Counted from the first letter of the stretch, positions 1 to 12,795 are shown. The stretch is 64,000 nt of DNA from Saccostrea echinata (GCF_033153115.1 NW_026889776.1:3782001-3846000), one strand, 5' to 3'. Notes: a model not told the origin generated them from the letters alone. Numbers and translations are program-made.

Positions 1-1527
1 AGATTTTCTTTTGTCTCCCGTTATTCTTTCTTTATTTAAACAACGTCCTATCTCTGACCGAAGTTCCATTTCTATGCTTTTCTACTGGCTGATGCAATAG
101 ACAGATTGTAGATTGATTTTTCAAAGGAAATCTGGCAACCATATTCTGCACCAATCCAAAATCCACCTAAGGATGAAATTTTAAGACTCGTAAATCACCT
201 CATCATATAGTTTTTTTCAATTTACTTCAATTTTCCAAACCCTTAGGGAATTTTATATGATTTCATGACAGGCATGACAGATTTAATATTGCGCACAAGA
301 GTAGAGTAGCAGGTGCCTGCTCCGAAGTTTTGTAAAACAATCTATCTGTTTATTTGGTATGGAAATTTCATTCAGTATTCTAAAGACCCCCCCCCCCCCC
401 CGACAACACATATATACACATACATTGAAAAAATGCTTCTTTTGAGATTTATGCTTATTTGTGATATGAGCTAATATTAAAAGATTATCAAAACAGTTAA
501 ATTCACTCACTGTAGTATTTTATTTGTAATAAGAAAAGTTCAGACAGGACATATAATTACATGTATTACTGATGCCCTCTAGGTCCATCATGAAGTTTTT
601 TAAGGGAAAGTGAAAGAGGTAACTGATAGCATATGCAGGTAGTTTTACTACAACCTAAATGTTGGTTAAGGTGTTTAACATTTCAGCTTCAGTTATTTAT
701 TTCACTAATAAAGAAAGCAACCAAGTTCCGAAATCTTCATGCTAGGCAATGGAATTGTAGATCAGGAACAAAATNNNNNNNNNNNNNNNNNNNNNNNNNN
801 NNNNNNNNNNNNNNNNNNNNNNNNNNNNNNNNNNNNNNNNNNNNNNNNNNNNNNNNNNNNNNNNNNNNNNNNNNNNNNNNNNNNNNNNNNNNNNNNNNNN
901 NNNNNNCAAGATTTGGTCTTGAATTTGTAATTGTTCCATTCAGCACAAAACAGTCACTTTTATATCAAATCGTCATAAAAGTACACTTTTGAAACACTCC
1001 TAAAATACCTGTGTTCAAGAAACTGAGAGGTCATCTAGCCTGGTTTCCTTTCCCTAAATTGCTTAGTGTTCTCTGTGACCTTGGCGTGGATGAGGCAAGG
1101 AACAAGGAAAACGGACGCCGCGCATATCAATACGGCCAATAATATTTAAATTCCCAACGCACAATCCACCAAGTATGAATGTAGGGTATATTGTAGGGAA
1201 ACGAACAAAATCAACTGTTTTCACACAAAAAATAAAATAAACACATTGCTTTCAAGAAAATTATTGAACATATTGAATTGAGGTGATCTGTCCCTCATCA
1301 TTTTACTGTTTACTTTCCCGCTGCGTGAAGTCCTGTTTATTCAACCCGTTGTATTGGATAGCATTGCGGCGTGTCATAAATCTGACCTTAGTTAGGCTGT
1401 TATTTCTAAATTTTCCCAGCAGCTAAATCTGTTATCTATCAAACCTAAGAGCATTGGAAGAAATTCTGTGGATTTTCTCAGGTGTAGCTTTAGACTGAAT
1501 TTGATCAAAGTGCAATTAACGCTAATC
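1..1527. repeat. Left arm of a large imperfect inverted repeat (open at the window edge)
   Basis: 1-~1420 is the reverse complement of ~4070-5395 (e.g. 541-770 vs 4636-4866, nearly identical). 1485-1527 is the reverse complement of 2420-2462 (35/43 matches, including an exact 20-mer GATTAGCGTTAATTGCACTT). Confidence 0.9.
775..906. other. Assembly gap (N run)
   Basis: Run of N. Confidence 1.
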
Positions 1528-2488
1528 TTTATATTACCCATGCGAGTGTTGCGAGACAAATGATGTCAGCAGTGTTGAGGGAAGGATCAAAAACTTTTAC
1601 AGATTGTAAAATTAAAGCTTCTAAACTTAATTTTCAGAGAACAATTTGAGGCCCTATTTTTTTTTTTTTGGGGGGGGGGAGGGGGGGGGGCATGATTTCA
1701 ATATCCTACGGGCTCAATATTAATAATGAATTTAAAATGAAGCAATTATAGGAAATAAACGAGTTAACAATGAACAAAGTAAAACAAAAAGGAAATTAAA
1801 ATAAATGTTCGAATCTGTAACCCTTAATTTGATGGTAGAAGGTATAAATATGTCATAGGTTACTAATTTTACCCCATTTCATTGACCACGGAAGTAGTGC
1901 CAATTAAAAACACATTTTTTCCCCCTTAAATATGTCTAATGATGTATACGGGTGGATTGGGCTGAATCTAGGGTATAGAACGGAGGGAGAGTGTGTGGTG
2001 AAAAGAATTAAAATTTAAAATATTGAGAAATGTTGCCTTTGAATGCTTAGTAGAAAGGGTGTAAATAGGTCATGTTTTCCTTCTTCTCAAGGGGTAAGTG
2101 AAATATGCATCATATGGGATACATGTAACTCGCTGTGTCCTAGAGGGATTTGCACATCATGAATTCTCCTTAGATTCAGAAATATTTAAAGGCTATAGAA
2201 AATTTTAATTAATTTTAAATAAAATTGAAATAAATTCCACATGCAAAAATGTAGAAGAGTGCGTGGTAGCAAAATAATTCATCATATCAAGGGAAATGAA
2301 TGCTAAAATTATCAATGACATCTGAAGAATATATTTGTAAAAGTATTTTTTTCCCTTAGATCCACCTCTCCAAGATTCTGCCATCAATTGTCTCAAATCA
2401 CTCTTAGGGGAATATCAGTGATTAGCGTTAATTGCACTTGTATTGAATTCAGCTCACAGCTAAATCGGACGGGATTTCTTGGGATGCA

Positions 2489-4045
2489 CAAGCTGCCCTC
2501 TTTGAATTTGGTGATTTTTTAAGGTCATTGAATTTCATTCCATTATACTAAGTTACTTGTTTTACATGTACTCTACTGCAGTCGCATATACATAATTCAT
2601 TCACGTGGCAGTAATAATTGCACTGTTGGAAATGTTGTTTTTTTTTTTCAGAATGTAACAAAAATCATGAACAGTTATTCCTTTCCTAGGAAAGTTCATC
2701 TATCTATACTGCTACTCCTTTAAGTTAAAAAAGAAAAAAATTAAATTAAAAAAATAGATATTAAAAAAGCAATATTGATAGAACTTTATTCCAAATTTAA
2801 AAAAAAAAATGATTTATGAGTATATCATTCTTAACATTAAAAAAAAATCCTTTGCATTTTTTGTGTATTTCTTTACATCTTGTAATACCATGCTAAGCAA
2901 TAAAGTGTAAAAGAATTTTTTTCTTCTAAATTAATTGACTGAATTGCATGGCGACTTCTGCAGGATGGGCGATGCGATGTCATTGCCTTTGAGTCCTATA
3001 GCATACATGATGAGCACACATTGCTACTAATCGTTAACTAATGGGTTGAAAATCTGATAGCCATCTATACTTGGCTGCGCGGGTTGTTTGGTATAACATG
3101 GAATAGAGAAAATCATTGTAAACGATACGTTTTTGAACTAAAATAAAATGACCTTGACTATGACAATCGCAATCATCTCGGACCTTTCCGGCATAATCGA
3201 TTGTCGAAAACGTCTGTTAAGTAACAATTCTGTTCTTTGAAAATTTTCATAAATAATTCTGCCTATATGTGCAGTGTTTAAATATTCAATTATCAAAATT
3301 AATCACAAAAAATGTTATCATAAGAAGTTAGATGAGGTTAATACTCGAAAACCACTCGGAAATTCCTTTTTTCTTCTTTCTACTTATCAAATGTACGATT
3401 GCCGATATGATTTTGTTTAAAATAATGGTACACGGCCTTTACCATGTATCCCTAAGGTTTTATTATTTTTTTTATACATGTACATTTGTCTTAATCTGTA
3501 CATATACGCATGTACATGTATACAAAATATAATGTGTTACAATTTCGGAAAAAAAGACATGTAAAGATAAAAATATAAACAGAAATAGATAGATTTCGTC
3601 ACTGTAATTATGGTACATGAAAAAAGTCTTATTTTTAAATTTTTTGTCTATCATTCTTTCATTATTTTTTGCACTTGACATCTGATACTCCGCAAAGAAT
3701 ACAGCTAGGAAAGGTAGACACCGGCATATAGAAAGTAATTAGAAGGTGGATATTTTTTTCTTTAATTTTTAAAATGATGCACAATATATTCGAGTTTTAA
3801 AGTTAAGAATACGTTCTATCAATATTGCTTTTCATTAGCTATTTCTTTAGTTTATTTTTCTCTTTTTCAACCTAAGGTTGTGTCAGTGTAGAAAGATTAA
3901 CTTAAAAAAGAATAACTGTTCATAATTTTTTCACATCTTTGAAACCACATATTTTGTAAAGTAATAATAACTGCCACATGAATAGATGATGCAATTGCAG
4001 TAGAGTATATGCAAAATGTCACCAAGTTTTAAGGAGGGCAACCTG
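2489..4045. mobile_element. Foldback-type non-autonomous element with ~300-350 bp imperfect TIRs, inserted in the right arm of the large inverted repeat
   Basis: Left end CAAGCTGCCCTCTTTGAATTTGGTGA matches the reverse complement of the right end, CAGGTTGCCCTCCTTAAAACTTGGTGA. Further mirrored blocks (TACTCTACTGCA, GTGGCAGT, ATGAACAGTTATTC, AAAAGCAATATTGATAGAAC) extend to ~2850/3748. No clear TSD, no ORF. Confidence 0.7.
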
Positions 4046-5395
4046 TCCTTTTTATAGATCAAGCTATGGATGCTGAGAAAATGGAGAAATTATCTTAACT
4101 TAGGTCAGTTTTATGACATGGCCGCAATGCTATCCAATAAGAGGGCTGATTAACATCTGGAATTCACGCAGCGGAAGAGTAAACAGTAAAGTAATGATAA
4201 ATAGATCACTTCAATTTTTCTCTCGCAACCACCCATTGATAAATTTACTCATTTTCCTTGAAAGCAATGCGTATAGTTGATTTTGTCCATTTCCCTGTAA
4301 TATACACTACATGATGAATAGTGAGTTGGGAATTTAAATATTATTGGCTGTACTGATATGCCCAGCGTTCATTTACCCTGTTCCCTGGCTCATCCACGCC
4401 AAAGGTCACGCAAATTAGGGAAAGGAAACCAGGCTTGATGACCTCTCAGTTTTGTGGACGCAAGTACTTTAAGAGTGTTTCAAAAGTGTACTTTTATCGA
4501 CGATTCGATACAAAAGAGATTGCTTTGTGCTGGAACTGAAATACAATTTCAAGTCCAAATCTTGAACAATCAAGGTAAATATACAATTTTATATATGTCA
4601 CGATATATGTATGTTTTAGGAAGTATCTGCATTTGAATTCGTTCCTGATCTACAATTCCAATGCCCAAGCATAAGGATTTCGGAATTTGGTTGCTTTCTT
4701 TATTAGTGAAATAACTGAAGCTGAAATGTTAAACACCTTAACCAACATTTAGGTTGTAGTAAAACTATCTGCATATGCTATCAGTTACCTCTTTCACTTC
4801 CCCTTAAAAAACGTCATGATGGACCTAGAGGGCATCAGTAATACATGTAATTATATGTCCTGTCTGAACTTTTCTTATTACAAATACAATACTATAGTAA
4901 GTGCATTTAACTTTTTTGATTATCTTACGATTTGGACCCATATCACGAATGAGCATCATTCTCAAAAGAAACATTTATAAATGTATATGTGTATATGAGT
5001 GTGTGTTCGGGGATCTTTAGATGAATGCAATTTCCATACAATATAAACAGAAAGACTGTTTTACAAAAATTCGGAGCAGGCACCTGCTGCTCTACATCTA
5101 CTCTAGTGCGCAATATTAAACCAGTCATATCTGTCAAGAAATCATAAATAAATGCCTAAGGCTTTGGGAAATTGAAGTTTACATTATTTTTATGAGACTT
5201 AAAATTTTCATCCATAGGGCGACTATGGTTTGGTTCAGAATATGGTTGCCAGATTTCCTTCGGAAAATGTACTCTACAATCTCTCTATTGTATCAGCCAA
5301 GAGAAAAGCATAGTAGTGGAACTTCGGTCAAAGATAGTAAAGGAGGACGCTGTTAAAACAAAGAAATCGTATTCTTTTAACAGAGAAAGAAAGAT
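4046..5395. repeat. Main part of the right arm of the large inverted repeat (inner part at 2420-2487)
   Basis: Reverse complement of 1-~1440. Confidence 0.9.
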
Positions 5396-5609
5396 TCCAG
5401 AGGGATTTTTTTTATGTTTTTGTATGCTTTTCTATGCTTAGAAGGCGTAATATTATGTTAACTTTAATATTTAGCTTTTCCAGCTTGCATGATATTTAGA
5501 TAAAAGTATCGTTTGTAATATAAAAATAATATATTATTCATATTCTTTTTGTCATCAAGATGTAATGTATGCTTTTTTCTGTAAACAATATATACAGGAT
5601 TAATTTATT

Positions 5610-7460
5610 TTATGAGAGGAAATTTACCTTGAAAAGTTTTGCTTTTTTCAAAAAGTAATATTTGTTTCATTTTGTGAATTATATAAACTGTATCAGTGAT
5701 ATTCTTTGTTGGGGGGGGGGGGGGTTACCCCGTAAAGTCTTGCTATCATCGAGTTGCAATGTTTGTTCATGCTTTGAATATATGCTGTATTATTGATACT
5801 CTTTGGGGAGGATTTACCCTGTACATACTTGCTATTTTCAAACTGTAATGTTTGCTTTTTCTAAGTATGATGTAAACTGTATCAGTAATATTTTTGAGAG
5901 GAAATTTACCCCGTAGATTTTTACTACCTCCGAGATATTGCGAAGCAAAAATTTTGTATCAGTCATATCCTTTTGGGGGAAATTTACCCCGTAAAGTCTT
6001 GCTATCTAAAAGATGGGTGTTTTTGTTTTGAAACACTGTATATAAACTGTATCAATGCTATTTTTGAGAGGAAATTTACCCTGTAGAGTTCTGCGATTTT
6101 CAAAGTGTAATATTCTCTTTTATAAGAGTATTGAATACTGTATTAGTGATACACTCTTTGGGGGGAAATTTACCCCGTAAAGTCTTACTTTCTAAAAGAT
6201 TGGTGTTTTTGCTTTGAATTAATATATGGAAACTGTATCGATGTAATTTTTTAGAAGCAGTTTACCCTGTAGATTTTTGCTATCTTTAAGATGTTGTGAA
6301 TCAAAAATTTTCTTTGGTGGGAAATTGACCCCATAAAGTCTCGCTATCTAAATGATGGGTGTTTTTGCTTTTAATTACTGTATATAAACTGTATCAATAT
6401 CATCTTTGAGAGGAAATTTACCCTGTAGAGTTCTGCAATTTTCGAAGTGTTATGTTCGCGTTTTCTACGTATAAGATAAACTGTATCAATAATATTTTTT
6501 GAGAGGAAATTTACCCTGTAAATTTTCATTACTGCCAAGATATTGTGAAACATAAATTCTGTATCAGTGATATTCTTTTGGGGGAAATTTACCCCGAAAA
6601 GTCTTGCTATCTAAAAGATGGATATTTTTGTTTTGAAATACCGTGTATAAACTGCATCAATGTCATTTTTGAGAGAAAAATTGCCCTGTAGATTGTTGCC
6701 ATCTTCACGATGTTTGCGAATCAGAAATACTGTATAAGTGATTTTCTTTGAGGGGAAATTTACCCCGTAAAGTCTTGCTATCATGAAGATGGTTGCCTTT
6801 GCTTTCAAACACTGTATATAAACTGAATCAATGTCATTTCTGAGAGGAAATTTACCCTGTAGAGTTCTGCGATTTTCAAAGTGTAATGTTCTCTTTCATA
6901 AGAGAGTGAATACTGTATCAGTGATATTCTTTTGGGGGAAATTTACCCCGTAAAATCTTGCTATCTACAAGATTGGTGTTTTTGCTTTGAAATACTGTGT
7001 ATAAAATGTATCAATATAATTTTTGAGAGAAAAAGTACTCTGTAGATTGTTGCCATCTTAACGATGTTAGCGAATCATAAATACTGTATTATTGATTTTC
7101 TTTGGGGGGAAATTTACCCCGTAAAGTCTTGCTTTTGCTTTCAAACACTGTATATAAAGTGAATCAATGTCATTTTTGATAGGAAATTTACCCTGTAGAG
7201 TTCTGGGATTTTCAAAGTGTAATGTTCCCTTTTTTATAAGAGTGGTGAATACTGCATCAGTGATACCTTCTTTGGGGGGAAATTTACCCCGTAAAGTCTT
7301 GCTATCTAAAAAATGGTTGCTTTTGCTTTGAATTACTGTAGGTTAACTGTATCAATGTCATTTCTGAGAGGAAATTTACCCTGTAGGTTTTTGCTATCTT
7401 TAAGCTGTGAATCAGTGATTTTCTTTGGGGGGAAATTTACCCCGTAAAGTCTTGCTAAAT
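5610..7460. repeat. Minisatellite, ~22 units of ~60-100 bp, mostly alternating A/B units
   Basis: Cores GAGAGGAAATTTACCCTGTAG (A) and GGGGGAAATTTACCCCGTAAAGTCTTGCTATC (B) recur near 5614, 5725, 5812, 5901, 5981, 6071, 6161, 6261, 6321, 6411, 6501, 6581, 6671, 6751, 6842, 6931, 7025, 7101, 7178, 7271, 7366, 7426. Confidence 0.92.
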
Positions 7461-9612
7461 TGTCAATATTTCCTCCAAATATTCACATTTCAGTTTATTT
7501 GTGACACTAGATCGTGTTTCCATTAAAAAAATTCTGATTTTTCACAATCTTATCAATAAAATCTTATAAACTGTGTTTTCTGTTGGATTTTGTCAATACC
7601 TTGGGGCAAAATGCCTAAAACAGAAAAAAAGATTTTCTGTTTTGATTTTGGAATGCGTTAAATCTTTTTCACTAGACTCTTAATTACGCACTGAAAAAAA
7701 TAATTATATTTGTAATTCATAATCTTTTACAACATTCAATGTTTTTACAATTATAGTTTGATATTAAAAAGTCGTTTGATTACTGACAAATAAACTCAGT
7801 TATTGATGTGGAAAGAAATGATTAAATTGCGTATGATTTCTTTAAACGGATTGATTTTCTTTTCCTTTATTTTTTTAAATTTAATTATTGATTGATTTAT
7901 TCATTTTTTTTTTATTTAGTAAATAAATTATTTCATTTGATTAAATAAGGATCTGTTTATAATTTGCAAACTTTAAGGTGATATGTACACTGCATCACAC
8001 AAGAACATTACGCAGGAAAGGGGGAGGGGGGGGGGGGTAGATTACCGAGATCTTACTTCTGTACATGGCTAAATATATCGGGCACTTGTTTCAGTGAGTA
8101 TACCATTGGGAAAAAATATTATAGAAACAAATGCTCGTTCTTAGAAAAAAAAGGATATCCATATCTACAGCGGGACCAGATACATGTAATTCATTAAATG
8201 CACTTTATTCAGAATGGTAAATATATCGTCTCATTACAGAATTAAACTTTGATTTATCATTTAAATTTAATATGGTAGAGAGCTATTGTAATTCTTTAGT
8301 TCTCTTTGAGGCATTTTGTTCATCAAATAAAATCAATATACCCACCACCATGTAAAATCCTTGATCTCAAACCCCGTCTACACAAAAAATGTAATCAATA
8401 GTCGCGGCTCTTAACAATACATTCAATATACATGTATACATGACCAATGAAAGCTAAAAAAATATGCTCAAGAACTGCGTGATTAATAAAACAACTACTA
8501 TATAATTATTCAGGATTTATTTCTTTATAATTTTTTATTCACGAATAGACTGGCATATTAATTCACTGTTTACAGATAATCGGATAAATTTAAGAAATAA
8601 AATTCACGGGTATTTATTTGTACCCATTAAATACTAATAAAACAATTTAATTTCATGAATTAAAAATCAGTCGTTATTGCAGATTGTCATCTTAGCCATG
8701 ATTGACAAGAGCTAATACATGTAGCAGAACACGTTTTCAGTTCCCGGCACGCGTAGCCCGTGATCGCTGTTGTAAATGACCTTGATCACAGTCGTAAGAA
8801 GAGTGTTGGAAGTGTAAAGAAGATTCCAAAATATTTTAAAGGGTAAGGGGTGCATCGGGTGCACCCCGAAAAAGACAATAATTTTCTTTAAAAAGAAAAT
8901 TATCTATAAAACGGTGTTTAAAACGAGAATCATTTGAACCCCCCCCCCCCCCCCGGAAATATTTAAACTTGTATTTGCCGAAGCATGTGAATTATAATTC
9001 ATTTATATGACAACTATATTAATCAACCAGATTTATGCATAAAAAGACTATAAATGACTCATCGTTTCAAAATTATTCGTAAGAAAATTATGTTCTTTAT
9101 AAAGAAAAAAAATAATTGTGCTCCCCGGCCTAGAATTTCCATACTTCACATTTATAGCAACACACTAAACTTTGTATTTTATTTTTCACGCCTGTCTTAT
9201 CTACCTATTATTTTGTATTAATCACCCATATGTTCTTGTAATCTCTATATACAATAATTGTAAAATGATGAAGAGATTCAAATCAATGAATGAAAAGAAT
9301 TCCTGATGAATTTTCTTTAAAAAAATGTTCAGTATTGCTCCCTATAAAAATGTATTGAATCAAATATCTTAAAATTGACTTGCATATAATTAATTACCTT
9401 GAGAACATTTTCTTTCCACCTTTTTTTAAATGAAAAAGAAAGAAAATCAAACAAATATGTAATACATTACCGATTATTTTTATTTTGTTGTTTCCGTATT
9501 TTTTTCTTCTCTCTTTTAAAATACCACCGATATCATAGATCCGAATAATATTAATTACAAACAACACAGCATGACATGTTGATCTTTAAAATAAAGTGAC
9601 TTCCGAATGAAT

Positions 9613-9824
9613 CCTGCACGTTTTTCACACGATTCTTGCACGAAAGTCGCACGTTTCTCACACGGTTCTTACACGAAAGTCGCACGTTTCTCACACGCTT
9701 CTCGCACGCTCGCTACACGGTTTGCACGAAACGCTTTGGAGCTTACACGAAACGATACACGGTTTGCACAAAACGAAAAGCGCACGAAAGTCACACGCTT
9801 TTTTGGGGTACGTTTCAGGGTCTG
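9613..9824. mobile_element. Right end of a TA-flanked DNA element with CACG-rich subterminal repeats
   Basis: About 20 CACG-containing motifs, ending ACGTTTCAGGGTCTG|TA. The reverse complement CAGACCCTGAAACGT resembles the TIR of the 40211-41401 element. Partner end not found. Confidence 0.55.
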
Positions 9825-9828
9825 TACT

Positions 9829-10055
9829 TGTTAGGCCATTATTAACACACTTATTTGTAGACGGAGTTTTCCGTTATTTCCCGATCAGGACAAGGAGCAA
9901 ATGGCGGGTGTGATCGGTCGACAGGGGTTGCTCACTCCTTATAGCACCTGATCCCACCCTGGTGTTTTAGAGGTCCATGTTTGCTCTACTCGAAAATTTG
10001 TTTTGTTTGATGGACTTTTGAGCTTGAATTCTGTTCGTTATCTCCATACATTTCA
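9829..10055 (+). mobile_element. Penelope-like element (Naiad-type) 3' end
   Basis: TGTTAGGCC...GGCGGGTGTGATCGGTCGACAGGGG...CACCTGATCCCACC is homologous to the 3' UTR that follows the RT/thumb remnant at 43985-44356. Confidence 0.75.
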
Positions 10056-10580
10056 TACACAATAATTTTGTTTGTGTTTTTTCTTTAAACGAAGATGTCC
10101 TTAAACATCATAAGTTTAATTTGGTATAAATTGTAAAGCTTTGGTTTTTTTGATTTCAGTCGTTTTTACATCGTAAATTTATTAATTTCCACATAATAGA
10201 ATTTTCAATAATTACAAACTCCTACAAGAGTACCCAAATGCTTGTTGTCACCGGAGGAAGAGTTCACATTTAAATTGTTCCGACTACGTAGAGGATTTAA
10301 CACCAGGACCCTGATTGATGTTTGTTTTTTTTTTTTTTTTTTTTTTTTTCTGATAGTTCTGATTATGGCATACCTACCATTTGGCTTTGTCTGTTGAATA
10401 TCAATGCATATATACCCCCATATTTCTTCTCGTTTTGTGCTCTGAACAATACACGTAATACTGTTTTAGAGAACCTGGATTTAATTTACCTGGAAGACAC
10501 TATCCGATGATGTAACAATTGACAGAAGTTGAAAGAACACTGCTCATACAGAAAAAAAATGAAATTCAGAACATATATTA

Positions 10581-10795
10581 CAGTCGCTGAAACGTTCTAC
10601 TTTCCCATTTTTCCGTTCGCTCACCGTTCGTTCACCGTGCGTTCACCGTTTGCTCTCCGTTCACAGTTTTGCGTTCAGCGTTCACCGTGCGCTCGCGTTC
10701 ACTGTTCACAGAGTATTCAGCGCTCGCTCTTCGTTCGTTCACTTTGCGTTCACCTTGCGTTCAGCGTTCACTTATCGTTCAGTCTTCACTGTCAT
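10581..10795. mobile_element. Left end of a TA-flanked DNA element with CGTTCA-rich subterminal repeats
   Basis: TA|CAGTCGCTGAAACGTT followed by a dense run of CGTTC/CGCTC motifs. Terminus resembles the 40211 TIR; partner end not found. Confidence 0.55.
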
Positions 10796-12475
10796 TCGGA
10801 ACTCCGAAGTGAAAGGACTTATCTTTTTGTACAGTGAAAGTAAGGATTTACAGCTTTTGCAATCTAATTATTAAAATATCGTATTTAAAGAATCATTATT
10901 TTATGGCAAAAAATTATCTACAATATATTTCTGTTATTGTAACTTAGCTTTTGGGTTACATTATTTATTAATTTTCTCTGAAAAATAAATGTTGTTATAC
11001 GTATGTACCTATGTAGAACGATGCTGAAAAACTAAATTTAAATACTGGCAATATACAGATACTTCAAGCACTGCAAAAGTTTGTTGTTATGTCAAAGATG
11101 ACAAATCGTTATTGGAGAGAATATAATCCAAGTCAATTAATTCACCAATTGCAGCAAAATTACGAAAATATTCATTTCTACCACTTTTTTTCAATTACTA
11201 TAGAAATAAATATTAGAACTAGTTCTGAGAATTATAAATAGTTCTGCGGATATCCAGTTAATTAAATATCTTTGGAGCGAATAAATTTATAGTGTGGTCT
11301 GAAGAAAATATATATATTGCACAACAGAAAATTTTTTTCTACTTTACATATATATAAAGTCTATAGTAAGAGAGAAAAAAATCCTTCCTTTATGATCACC
11401 TTAACTTTATATGTTTGAAATTCGATATGTTTAAGAGTCACCCCCTCCCCCCATTAATCCGTTACTTAGTCAGCATTTCCAGTATATTTAAATTAACATT
11501 TAAAAAGAAGTTGATGCGTTTTATAGCACAAAAAATTCAGTCTGAAAACTTACATGTATCTGAAAAAGTCGTTAAACAATTGTATTTCACAATATACACG
11601 TACCGGCGATGGTATTTTAAAATTGCATGGAGTATGTTTCACATTCACGCGACTGAATCATTTCCAAGTGTTTATTCCCATGGGTCAATGTATTTTATTT
11701 ATTCATTTATTTAGAAAACTAGAAATGATAAAAAAAAATTGTTAAAACTACTTGGAAATACTAGCACTACGTCTTCGTTGTGTCGAGACTTTCAAACCTG
11801 CACACCTACACAGTGTCGAATGATTTTGATTGACAGGACAAACACGTGGACTTGACGCAGGAAAATAGATCTAAAAACCGATTATGACTGTTAAACAAAT
11901 GGATTTGTTGATTTAAAAAAATCGTTATTTTCACTGCCTGATATATTTAGAAAAAAGATTAAGAATTTTGGTTTGATACAGGAGCAAATATTTGGAGAAG
12001 GGGCGGCTAAAATGGAATCTCTCTCTCTCTCTCTCTCATTTGTCTGTTTGATAAAACCATGAGAGCATATTACCTTTTTATACATGTATCAAGTTCTGAA
12101 AATTTAATCTAAAACAAATAATATGAATGCCTCTTTGTATCATCTTGTCCGAGTATAATCACTGGGAAATATCTACAGATACATGTAGAAGTCTGCTCAA
12201 TAAATCCTCATAAAAAAATAGAAATGGCACATCAATACATTATTGCATTGAAATTTTAAAATGCGAGTGTATCATGCAATACGTCCACGGACCTTTGTAA
12301 AATATTTTAATTTTTTTCTCGTTAATTTACACGGACTCGCCTTGGCACGGAAATACATGTATGGTTGTTACAACCATTGTAATTCATTTATAAGTTAGTG
12401 GTTTTCCCTTCTAAAATCCACATTATTTGTTTTGATTTTATATCGGAGATAAGAAAAAAAATACTGAAAATGTAA

Positions 12476-12795
12476 GATTGATTGATTGTATGTTGTTTTA
12501 CGTCTCTTTTGATACTTTTTCACTCCTATAGAGACATCATCATGTACCTGTGAACGGCTTCAAATTTCATTCTTTACTCGAAACTCAGAGCCAATGCACA
12601 GTGGGAAATCTTTATCGTGCCTACGACTGCCCTGACAAGGGGCCTTGGATTTTTAAGGCCTCATCCGTTAAACCCACAACGTTTACTCTAAAGTGCCAAG
12701 CGTTCGGCAAATGAACAGTTGCTACCTATGTTAGACTTAGGTCAGTCACGGCCGCGGTTTGAACCAACGACCTCCCTGTCATGGAGTGAGCACTA
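12476..12795 (-). mobile_element. tRNA-derived SINE (Meta+Deu-like family), degenerate
   Basis: Reverse-complement homology to the full copy at 54905-55250, (CAAT)n tail. Nearly identical to 23433-23750 because of the segmental duplication. Confidence 0.85.

Noticed and set aside
633-992. ORFs spanning N gaps (also 49555-49836)
   Set aside because: Open only because N runs contain no stop codons
6371-6808. Repeat-protein (LRR-like NNLQGNF) coding on the minus strand of the minisatellite
   Set aside because: Unit lengths are often not multiples of three, frames close quickly, and there are no consistent splice sites
5610-7460. CRISPR-like array (palindromic repeat plus spacers)
   Set aside because: Linkers are homologous to one another rather than unique, there are no cas genes, and the context is eukaryotic
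9607-10874. Overlapping ORFs rich in R/H/T/S/F
   Set aside because: By-products of low-complexity CACG and CGTTCA subterminal repeats
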